This document shows positions 12,982 through 23,664 of a stretch of DNA of 32,072 bases, piece after piece. A program made the position numbers and the translations under genes. Location: the NCBI GenBank assembly GCA_013239625.1, contig MU053762.1, forward strand, positions 193,258 to 225,329, read 5' to 3'. Origin of the DNA: Lama guanicoe (lineage: Eukaryota). The notes under the pieces are model-generated. The model saw only the letters and a list, made by a program, of their open reading frames with translations. It made no database searches and was not told the DNA's origin. How positions within the stretch are numbered: position 1 is the first letter of the stretch; each line of letters starts with the position of its first letter.

Positions 12982-14573
12982 TCTTTATCTCCTTCTGCTT
13001 ATTTTCCAATTTGGATCTCTTTTATTTCTTTTTCTTGCCTGAGTGCAGTGGCTAGGACTTCCAAGATTATGTTGAATAGAAATGGGGAGAGTGGGCAACC
13101 TTGCCTTTTCCCAGATTTTAGTAGGAAAGTTTTCAGCATTTCACCATTGAGTTCTATGCTGGCTGTAGGTTTGTCATAAATAGCTTTTATCATGTTGAGA
13201 TATGTTCCCTATCAGCCCACTTTGGTGAGAATTTTTATCATAAATTGGCACTGAATTTTATCAAATGCTTTTTCTGCATCTATTAAATTCAAATAAGAAA
13301 TTATATGGAACCACAAAAGAACTAGAATTGCCAAAGCATTGCTGAAGAAAAAGAAAAGAGGCTGGAGGAATAACTCTCTGAGACTTCAGACAATACTACA
13401 GAGCTACACTAATCAAGATAGCATGGTATAGGTACAAAAACAGACATATGGAACATTGGAACAGAATAGAGAGCCCTGAAATGAACCCACAAACTTTTGG
13501 TCTACTAATCTTCAACAAAGGAGGCAAGAATATTCAGTGGAAACAAGAAAGTCTCTTCAGCAAATGGGGTTGTTAAAACTGGACAGCAGCATGTAAAACA
13601 ATAAAGCTAGAACACTCCCTTACACCATACAAAAAAATAAACTCAAAATGAATCAAAGACTTAAACATAAGACACGATACAATAAACCTCCTAGAGGAAA
13701 ATATAGGCAAAACATTATCTGACATACATCTCAAAAATATTCTCCTAGAACAGTCAACTCAAGCAGTAGAAATAAATGAAAGAATAAACAAATGGGACCT
13801 AATAAAATTTTCAAGTTTCTGCACAGCAAAAGAAACCATAAGTAAAACAAAATGACAACCTAGGGAATGGGAAAAAATTTTTGCAAATGAAATTGACAAA
13901 TGCTTGATCTCCAGAATATATAAGCATCTCACACAATTTAATAAGAATAAAAACAAACAACCCAGTCCAGAATGGATAGGAGACCCAAATAAGCAATTCT
14001 CCAAGGAAGGCATGCAAATGATCAATAGGCACATGAAAAAAAGCTCAATATCACAAATTATCAGAGAAATGAAAATCAAAACTAAAATGAGGTATCACCC
14101 CAAACAAGTCAGAATGGCAATCATTCAAAAGTCCACAAATGACAAATGCTGGAGAGGCTGTGGAGAAAAGGGAACCCTCCTACACTGCTGTAGAGAATGC
14201 AGCTTGGTGCAGTCACTGTGGAACACAGTATGGAGATTGCTAAAAAGATTAGGATTAGACTTACCATATGACCCAGGGTAACACACTTGGGCATATATAC
14301 AGAAGGAACCCTACTTCAAAATGACACTTGCACCCCAATGTTCATAGCAGAAATATTTACAATAGCCAAGACATAGGAAGAGCCTAAACGTCCATCAACA
14401 GATGACTGGATAAAGCAGATGTGGTATATTTATAAAATGGAAAATTATTCAGACATAAAATCTGACAACATAATGCCAATTGAAGCAACATGGATGTTAC
14501 TGGAGAATACTATTCTGAGCGGATTAAGCCAGAAAGAAAAAGAAAAATACCATATGAGATAACTTATATGTGG

Positions 14574-14609
<36 letters not shown>

Positions 14610-14880
14610 CAGACTCATAGACATAGAATAAAAACTTCTGGTCAAAGGGGAATGGGGGTGGGAAAGGACCGGTATATCAAAATGTAGAAAATATACACAA
14701 GACTGTACTGTGTAGGACAGGGAAATATATACAAGATTGTGTGCTCGCTGACAATGAAGAGAAGTGACAATGAATGTATATATGCACATGCATAAGAGAA
14801 AAACGGTGCTTTACATTGGAATTTGAAACAAAATTGTAAAATGATTATGAATCAATAAAAAGTTAAAAACAAAAAGAAAA
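12982..14880 (+). mobile_element. 5'-inverted LINE-1: antisense RT segment (12982-13284) + sense ORF2 3' part, 3'UTR and A-rich tail
   Basis: Minus [14 protein letters not shown]...[21 protein letters not shown]. Plus ORF 13904-14281 ...[15 protein letters not shown]...DLPYDP. aataaa and A-rich tail at ~14854-14880. Confidence 0.88.
14576..14605 (+). repeat. (TA)n microsatellite in L1 3'UTR
   Basis: Direct read of the AT dinucleotide run. Confidence 0.95.
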
Positions 14881-16030
14881 TTTAATGGATGAGATAATAG
14901 CATGGCTAAAGAAAGGAATTGGCAGACTAGATAATGAAGAGGGACTTAAAAGTGTTTGAGAAGACACGAGAACACAAAACTGTCAGTAAAACGATGACAT
15001 ATAAATTCAAGAGAAAACCAATGCAAACATTGCTGTTGAAATCTGGGAAAAGACAAAGAATGCAAGGTTAGGACATATAGGAATACCAGATGAAAAAGAA
15101 AGATGATAAAAGAAAAAACAAAAAACAAAAAAGGGCTGAAAAGGTATTCGAAAAATATCAGACTGTAATTTGCTGAAAGCCAAGAAACAGTCATCTATAC
15201 GAAATCAGGAAGCAAACAGCTTCCAATGCAGGCGGAATCCCAATAGACTTACAAGCAGCTGTATTATCATTGAAATCATCAAACTTCATGATCAACCCAA
15301 TGATTTTAAATAAACCTGGAGTAAAGCAACTTAGTCAGCAGTTCGAAACTTATCTTAAAAGTAAGATTGAGAATTCTACCCTGAATCAAAAACAAGCAAG
15401 ATGATCTGGAAATAAGAAAACCATCACTGGAAATGAAAGAAGTGCAATGAGTTGCAAAGAATAAACAAGAAGAAGGCAAAGAGGATATCAAAATCCTAAA
15501 GATGGGAGAGGGAAGCAGGAAAACAGGTGATTTTCAACACTTAACTATGTGAATCAGCATATATGACTCTCTGAAGCAAACGGAGAGGTGCATGGCATCA
15601 TGTGTTTTCAAAACAAACAAAAAGCAAGCAAACAAACAAAGAATCAAACACCAAAAGAGTACAGTTGACTGACATATAACCAAAGGAACCAAGATAATTC
15701 AAAAGAAAATACTGAAAGTGATGTCAAGGATCATTCAGCATGCATCGACCCAATATCACTGCTTGCATGTACTCAACACACTTGTATTCAGAAAACAGAT
15801 GCGTGCATTAATATTCATAAACATTGATTCATAAGAGCACAATGTTACCTAGATAAAATGCTTATTTTGAATAAAATGGATTCAAGGTCCATGACATAGA
15901 CTTACAAGCCTTCCAACATGTGAAGCAAATGACATATTCAACCCTATGAAGAGAATAAATGGCATATGTCTATAACAAAGACAAGTAGCTCTACAAAACT
16001 GTGCCAAGAGCAAGAGACAGACAGTAAAGT
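14881..16030 (+). mobile_element. Highly decayed L1 ORF1/spacer/ORF2-start remnant (copy 1 of the duplicated segment)
   Basis: 14884-15700 aligns by eye with 19993-20988. 15930-16030 weakly resembles the ORF2 start (NGLNAP...CCIQET region at 23707-23800). Confidence 0.75.
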
Positions 16031-16524
16031 GTACATTGGGATTGGTTTCAATTCTAGGAATTTCAGGCCCGATGAAACAAAATGATCCATTTTATGAGAG
16101 TGTGGGTGTTTCTGCAGAAAAGAAACAGATGGATATGTATTCTGGGTGAATGGATATTAAACAAACATAAGATTCTCATAGTGGGTCTTTGGGTACTGTT
16201 AAATGTTAGAAAGGACAAAGACGTGTGAAAACATAAATTTAACATGGACACACTTCCCTCCTTTTATACTGTGTATAGAGATATGAATAAAAGGAAAGAG
16301 AGAAGGAAAAAAAGGAGCATGGGACGCTAATGGAGAGAATCACATTTAGCTTAGGAACCTCTCATCTGATGCAGCCCCTCCCCCAACACGGACAAGATGC
16401 AGCAAACATTGGGGGTGGCAGTTACCGTTTGGATTCCAAGTGGAATGTTGGTGTGTTCCGCGAGGCTTCTTGTGGCTGGTGAATCCAAGGTAACTGGACA
16501 GAGCCATGTGGGTGGATCAGTGTC

Positions 16525-17207
16525 ATGGAGGGGATGCCGCCCTCTGTGGAGCTTGGCTTAGGTCTCTTGTTCAGGAAGCTGTGTAAGTTCGAGATACTGC
16601 TACTCCCCAATGGCCTGAGTTCACGGGTAAGTTTCCAGAACCTGAAAGGGCAGACAGTAGAAGATCTGCCTGTCATTAACTTACTGGTGAGGTTCCAAGG
16701 TACTTTCAGACTTGCCCAGTCCTGTAGAAGTCGATTTTATGGGAGACACGAAGAGAAGCTGGTAGAAAAGCTGGCTGCACGGATTGAGAAGAGATACGAA
16801 CACACTGAAGAGAGTTGTTCTACTACAACGGAGAACACTGGCATGTAGACTTCTGTAGAGAATACGAGGCTTGAAAGAAATTCATGAGACATATTGAGCC
16901 TCGCTGATACCGATAGAAACCTGTGGAGGGTCAATGTGCACTTAAGGAAGGTACTCAATTCCCTGCTCCAAGAACGGGTCCAAGATACCTGCCATCTAAA
17001 ATAGAAGAGATGACAGAGATGATAGAAGCGATCATGTTCTTGGAAGAGGTCGTGAGAATCCACACATTCCAAGGGGCACTTATAAATCACTCAGACCACC
17101 AATCACCAAGCTCTGGTAAGACTTTTCCCAGGGTTGGGCCTAGCTATCAAGCAATTGCTCTTCCCTCCCCTCCACTCAGGCATCCATTTCAAAAGATCAG
17201 CACCTGA
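16525..17207 (+). pseudogene. MIA2: Diverged intronless cTAGE5/MIA2-like retrocopy (N-terminal part only), disrupted
   Basis: MEGMPPSVELGLGLLFRKL...LPNG...QSCRSRFYGRHEEKLVEKLAARIEKR is collinear with human cTAGE5 as recalled (MEEPG..PQPYLGLLLEEL...LPEG...RSVRSRLYVGREKKLALMLSGLIEEK). Similarity continues past stops TAG 16846-48 and TGA 16885-87 and a frameshift near 16980 (EEMTEMIEAIMFLEEVVR vs DELMADISKRIQSLEDESK). Low identity, not searched. Confidence 0.72.
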
Positions 17208-18292
17208 GCTGCAATGAAGCCAGTAGGAGCAGAGCAAGCCCCTCTTAAAATCAGACTTCCTCCACCTTCACATTCTGTGTGCAAGGGTGAATTCCTATAT
17301 GGTCAACTACTCTTGACTAAAATAGATTGGAATTGAATACTTAGCTCACACAAAGAAATGATGACCTTCCCCTAGATTCAGCAAATGCTGGGGTTATATC
17401 TTTTTTGAGGTGAAGGGAATGTGGTAAGTGAGGGGAATATTTGACTGAACTTGAATATGTATTAGGCCTCAGTTTTTCAAGACAACATAGGTAACTATTA
17501 TAAGTCAGTTATGGAACTGAACTGTAATAGTCGCCATAGACATGTAGGGACACATGACTTGTGGATGGTCTTTTCCCTTCAGTCAATTGCTGGGTGCAGG
17601 ATATCATGAGGGTGCAGACTTGGATGGGTTGAATTGCTTTACCCAACATGATCAGACAATTAAACATTCCATCATTGATAGAAGAGCACCTGTTTCTCAA
17701 TAGCCTAACAAAGCTGCAGCAGTGTTCTCATAGCTATAATGTTTCTGGTGCTAAAGGAAACAAGCCTACATGTAAATATGTTGTTAGGGTTTCCTTCTGT
17801 TTTTCTAGAGAGAAATGTTCCCCTTGAAATGCCGACATTGGCAAGTATGTGTCATTGGGAAAAAAGGGCACCACATGCACAAGGGAAACCCAGGGTGGGG
17901 GTTGTTTCATGGTTCCAATAGTTATTTCATGCTTCCTGTTGGTGTTGAAGGCATCAAAAGTAAACGGTTGACTTGTACACTTCATCACTTTGGACTGTTA
18001 TTTTACATTCTTTCTCTCTCTTTTTCCATTAGAGCTGACAAACTGGTACCTGATCTTGACAAGTCTGGTTTTAGCTAGATTCAGTATGTTTCAAAAGTTA
18101 ACTTCATTTTCATAGAAATCCTAAAATATGTAAAACAATTCCATTAACCATTTGAAAGACTGCAACTGAGCTATCAACAAAATGTCAAAACTGAGTCCTA
18201 GGAAAAACCCTCCCACCATGGCTATACAGATAATAGAGTTAACAAGAATCACATGTCTGTGAGTTTTCTCTGGAAATTGCTGATTTATCGAT

Positions 18293-20988
18293 GCCCAGTT
18301 GGCAGAGTACCAGTGCAACGTTTGCTCACTCACTCCAATGTACACAGCAAGATAAACATCCACTCACCAAGCCTTTGGCTAAGGACACTTGTGGAAGAGT
18401 GGTCTCTTACTTCCAAAGACAGAAAGAGGCCTCACAACACCTGGAAGGAGAAGAAGGCAAAGTAGAGGCTGGAAACCAATGCAGGACCTGACCTCTGGTG
18501 AGGGTGTAGGAAATGTGAAACTCTGTTTTACTTGGACGCACACTCTCAAGGGGACAGGACACATGGGATTGAAAGCAATGCGCTGAGTGTTAGGAGAGTG
18601 CACAGCAGATGCTTAGCTGACAGACCTGGAAGAGTTCAGCACAAAATATCCCCACAATTGATTCTGAGCCAAGATCTGAGCTGCCAAATTTGAGCCAGCA
18701 GAGGCTGTGGATGATGAGGTTTAGGGCTATGGATGTTGGCACACACTGAGTGTCAGGGATCTGGAGGGTGTTGCAGATTGCGGTTCATCCTATCAATAGA
18801 GCAAACCAGCCTGGGACCCCAAAAAGGAAGCAACCAATCTGGCGTGTATGGTTGAGTTTATCGAAATGTCCCATGGCCACATCCAATGCACCTGCAGGCC
18901 CAGGGACCAATTTGGCATTTTGCCAATAAAGCATGTGTGGGGCTCAATCAGAGCCATCATGCATCTGGTCTGAGCGATCCAGGGGGCCTTGGGGTCCAAA
19001 TTAGGATCCAAAGCCATAGGATCTGCCACTTTCATAAGCAGGACTGGGATTAGGGTTTGGTACGAGGCAGAAGATGCAGGTCTGCTCTGTGGTTGACTTC
19101 GTGGTCCCAGGCCACAAGGATGAGAGAACAAAGAAGCATGGTCTAGGTCCACAGCATGAGAAGAAGAAGCATTTCCTTCAGCATTATCTCCCAAATGCAG
19201 ATGTTACATTTGGGAAGGCACTGACATGGTACGGCACTGAGGACCCCAAGGTGGGGCTGCAGGATCATTGCAGCAGGCCCTGATTCATGACATCCTGAGA
19301 TATGTTTCCACTGTTGTTTCTTTAGACAGAGAAGCTCTGGGAAGAACTTGTACTATTGGGACATTCCCATGGCAATAGAAAGGACAAGCACACTGTCACG
19401 ATGCATTTTTGGAAACACTCCAAAATGACATACAGAAGCCTGCAGATCTGAAAAACCTTAGAAGCTTCGTTTCCACAAGAGGAAGGGTCCTGTGCACTTT
19501 CAGAGCTGTGATATAAGTGTAATAAAAACAAGGCTATACTAAACGACAAGTGTAGTGTTTGTTCATCACAACAAATGCAACACCAGCAATTAGAGATCTA
19601 CCAGACAACATACACAGCAAAACGACATGGCATCACTGTCTATGAAAATTTGTCCTCACAGAAATATCATGGAATTGTGTAGACCCATGAGACTAAAATT
19701 TTCACTTAAACAAGCAATAAATTTCTACATTATATACCTGATAATACTTGACCAGTAGAGATACCGAAGTACAGTAAAAGAAACAGAAGTGCCATTTTCA
19801 GTTCCAAAGAGATTGAAGCCTCCAGAAAAAAACCCTTAAAGAACTTGACTCCAAAACACTACCAGAGCAAGTCTTGAACACCAGGTTGGGAGAAAGACTG
19901 AAAAACAACAGTGTCTCAGAATCACAAAAGGCAGAATACCTGAAAAGGGGAATTGAACCTCTAAAGATGAGCCAAATAAAGCTAGAAAACTCGATGGATG
20001 AGATATTAACAGGACTAAAGTCAGTCCTAAGTAGACTAGATAATGAAGAGGGACTCATGAGTGACTGTAAAGACAGGAGAAAAGAAATCCCTCGATCAAA
20101 AATGACATAGAAAAGCAATTGAAAACCAATGCAAACACTGCTGTTGAATCCTGGGATAAGACAAAGCATGTAACCCTATGATTCATAGGAGTCCCAGATG
20201 GAAAAGCAAGATATAAACATAAAAAGGCTGAAACTTATTTGCAAAAAAATCACACTGAAACTTGCTGAAAGCCAAGAAACAATCATCTATACGAAACCAG
20301 GAAGCACACAGTGTCCAAAGAGTTGGAATCCCAATAGACCTACAAGCAGCTGTATTATCATTCAAATCATCAAAGTTCATGATCAACTCAATGATTTTAA
20401 ATGCACCTAAAGAAAAACAACTTAGAACAGAACTTCCAGAGGGTTTTCAGCTGATATCTCGACAGAAACATTGCAGGAGAAGAAGGACGGCCAAGACATA
20501 GACCAAATCCTGAATGAGAAAAAGCTGCAACCTAGGCTAGCCTATGCCACAAGACTGCAATTTCTAATAACGGCAGAGCTAGAGAATTTCACAGACCGGC
20601 AAAACTTAAAAGAATTCAGCAGTTCGAAACTTATACTAAAAGAAAGATTGAGAATTCTACCCTGAATAGAAAAGAAGCAAGACGAAATGGAAATAAGAAA
20701 ACCATCATGGGAAATGCAAGAAGAGCAATGACGTGCAGAGAATAAACAAGAAGAAGGCAAGGAGGACATCAAAATCCTAAAGATGGGAGAGGGAAGCAGG
20801 AAAACATAGGTGATTTTCAGCACTTTACTATGGGAATAAATTTATATGACACTTTGAAGAAAACGGAGAGATGTGTGGCATCATGTGTTTGCAAAAGAAA
20901 GAACAAGCAAACAAACAATCTAACTAACAAACAAACATCAAAAGAGTACGGTTGGCTGACAGATATCGAAAGAAATGAAGATAATTCA
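18293..20988 (+). mobile_element. Highly decayed L1 5'UTR + ORF1 + spacer (copy 2 of the duplicated segment)
   Basis: cagttggcagagtaccagtgcaacgtttgctcactcactccaatgtacacagcaag is a decayed form of the L1 head. 19620-19830 parallels 2110-2330. ORF1-like peptides LKSVLSRLDNEEGLMSD and ILNEKKLQPRLAY...FTDRQNLKEF; stop at 20663-65. Confidence 0.8.
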
Positions 20989-22200
20989 GAGGGAGAGACG
21001 GAGAAGATGGTGGAGTAGAAGGACCCACATAAGTCACCCTCTCCCACAAATACACCAAGACCCACATCTACAGACCCACTCGGCCAACCAGAGCACCTGC
21101 GGAACTCCGACAGAACATCGCCCTCTTCAAAAGTTAAAGATGCCAAAAATCTGGTAGGAGAAAAGGGGAAAAGGAAGAAGAACAAGCAAAGCAGCACGGG
21201 GCGGGTCCCGCGGGGAGGGAGCGGCAAAGTAGGACTGGCGCTCGCTCGCTGGGTCTCCCCTCTCCAATTGAGAGGCCAGCGAGACGGAGGGGGAGCCTGC
21301 AAGGCTCGGATCTGTACAGAGCAGCCCTTGTCTGACAGAACTAAGTTAAACGGGCACAGAGCGGCCCCCCGACACCCAGCCTGAGACGCTGGCCGGCAGC
21401 GGCGGGCAGGGCCAGGCTGCACAAGCCGGGCGGAGGACGGGGCGGCTGCACGGAGGCAGCTGCAGGGGACTGCAAGGGGCTGGGCGCCGGGGCTGTGGGT
21501 GTACAGGACAGAACCACCTGGGCAATCCATAAAACAGCAAGGTTGATGTGCTCTCGGGGGAAGGGTGCATACCCCCATCACTGAAAACCAGCAGAAACTT
21601 TTCAGGGGAAGAGAGGCGGGGCTTAGGCACAGCCGCCATATCCTCCGGCGTTGAGCACCCAGGCGGGGGCGGGGGAGAAACCTGCATCCGCACCGAAGGG
21701 CTTAGCAGCCTCAAGGGCCAGACTGAGACGGGCCTACAGCCCGGGGCAGATAGGACCCTTCCATCCTGGTCCCTCAGAGAACTTGCTCCACAAAGACAAA
21801 CAAGGAGCTGGTTTTTGGCCAGAGCAGGGACGAGGCTGCCTCTGGGTCTTCCCCGAGCCCGCCGGTGGAGCGCTGACCAGGGCGGAGCGCGCAGCCGCAC
21901 AGAGCAGCGGAGCTACCAGCGGCGCAGGCAGAGGGAGAGCGGCCCCCCGCCTATCGGGCAGGAACACAGCCCCTGACCGAGGTGCTGGGAGGGGGCACGA
22001 CCCGCCCTCCTGCCTGGCCAGTCTGCAACATCTGACTGCGGCATCCGGAGGGGCAGTGACCCGCCCGCCCACAGCAGAGGAGAGCTGCATCTGACCCCGT
22101 GTTAGGAGGAGGCGCGATCTGCTTGCCGACAGGTGCTGGGAGCAGCACAGAAGAGGGCGCCAACGGAGGGCCTATGAAAACAACAAGCTGAGCTTCCAAA
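20989..22200 (+). promoter_or_regulatory. L1 internal promoter / CpG-rich 5'UTR with YY1-like AAGATGG at 21004
   Basis: High GC and CpG density. AAGATGG near the 5' end matches the position of the YY1 site known in mammalian L1s. Confidence 0.65.
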
Positions 22201-22664
22201 ACAGGACGAAGACAGAAAGACTTCACATTAAAAGCACACAGACTCCAGGAGAACACCGACAAACACTCTCCCTTTTTTTTTTTTTAAATCTGTTTTTACC
22301 TGTTCTATTTTCTATTACTCTAATTTTTACTTCTTAAATCATTTCTACTTCTCTTGGGTTTTGATGTCCTGTTATTGATTAGACACAGGTTTCAAATACA
22401 TCTATTCATCTCCCCCCCCTTTTTTTAAAAGGTTTTAAAAGGACGTCTCAACCCAATTAATACTCTACTTCAAGTCGCTCTTCTATTATTCATTATACAC
22501 TGTTTTCAAACCCTCTTTCTCCCTTCTTTTAAAAATCTTTCTCTCTCTCTTATTTTTTTTCTTCTTTTTCCTAAGTTCTAATCCTAAATAGACATTAGAT
22601 AGATAAAATCCTTAAGATCCAAAATACACAACTGATACTTCATAAACCACACTACCAGAGAGGT

Positions 22665-22846
22665 ATGAGCAAGATGAAGAAGCAGAGAAACCTTTCCCAA
22701 TTAAAAGAACAAGAGAAATCCCCTGAAAGAAAGATCAATGAAATAGACATCGATAGCCTACTAGATCAAGATTTCAAAAAAGGAGTGATCAAATTGCTGA
22801 AGGAATTAAAAGAGATAGTGTTTAGAGATATAAAATATGTCAAAAA
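22665..22846 (+). CDS. L1 ORF1p N-terminus (partial; the rest lies in the gap)
   Basis: MSKMKKQRNLSQLKEQEKSPERKINEIDIDSLLDQDFKKGVIKLLKELKE, open up to the Ns. Confidence 0.8.
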
Positions 22847-23451
22847 NNNNNNNNNNNNNNNNNNNNNNNNNNNNNNNNNNNNNNNNNNNNNNNNNNNNNN
22901 NNNNNNNNNNNNNNNNNNNNNNNNNNNNNNNNNNNNNNNNNNNNNNNNNNNNNNNNNNNNNNNNNNNNNNNNNNNNNNNNNNNNNNNNNNNNNNNNNNNN
23001 NNNNNNNNNNNNNNNNNNNNNNNNNNNNNNNNNNNNNNNNNNNNNNNNNNNNNNNNNNNNNNNNNNNNNNNNNNNNNNNNNNNNNNNNNNNNNNNNNNNN
23101 NNNNNNNNNNNNNNNNNNNNNNNNNNNNNNNNNNNNNNNNNNNNNNNNNNNNNNNNNNNNNNNNNNNNNNNNNNNNNNNNNNNNNNNNNNNNNNNNNNNN
23201 NNNNNNNNNNNNNNNNNNNNNNNNNNNNNNNNNNNNNNNNNNNNNNNNNNNNNNNNNNNNNNNNNNNNNNNNNNNNNNNNNNNNNNNNNNNNNNNNNNNN
23301 NNNNNNNNNNNNNNNNNNNNNNNNNNNNNNNNNNNNNNNNNNNNNNNNNNNNNNNNNNNNNNNNNNNNNNNNNNNNNNNNNNNNNNNNNNNNNNNNNNNN
23401 NNNNNNNNNNNNNNNNNNNNNNNNNNNNNNNNNNNNNNNNNNNNNNNNNNN
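22847..23451. other. Assembly gap (605 N)
   Basis: Run of N. Confidence 1.
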
Positions 23452-23664
23452 TGAGATCATGTTACTATCAGTTTAATAAAAACAGCTATAGTAATGGGTT
23501 AATAGATTTACAAAAAAAGGGTAACCACAAGTCAAAGATTTACAAGGGAGTCACAAAAATTAAATAAAACCCATGGCAATACAAAGGAAAATTACCAAAC
23601 CACAAAAGGTAAAAAGAAAGGAACAAAGAGGATATACCAATTCAACTGCAAAGATAAGTTCAAA

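Noticed and set aside
16425..16480. SKWNVGVFREAS resembling a PRY-SPRY motif
   Set aside because: Too short, followed by a stop, and better explained as 5'UTR of the cTAGE-like retrocopy.
18793..19283. 133-aa and 69-aa ORFs as possible ERV or viral remnants
   Set aside because: The region parallels the L1 5'UTRs elsewhere in the window, and no gag/pol motifs are visible.
20817..22262. Long ORFs on both strands (254, 184, 147, 142 aa), possible ORF0-like gene
   Set aside because: They lie in the GC-rich L1 5'UTR where stops are rare, overlap in several frames, mostly lack ATG starts and resemble no recognisable protein.
22665..23567. 300/205/206-aa ORFs
   Set aside because: Artefacts of translating through the N gap.
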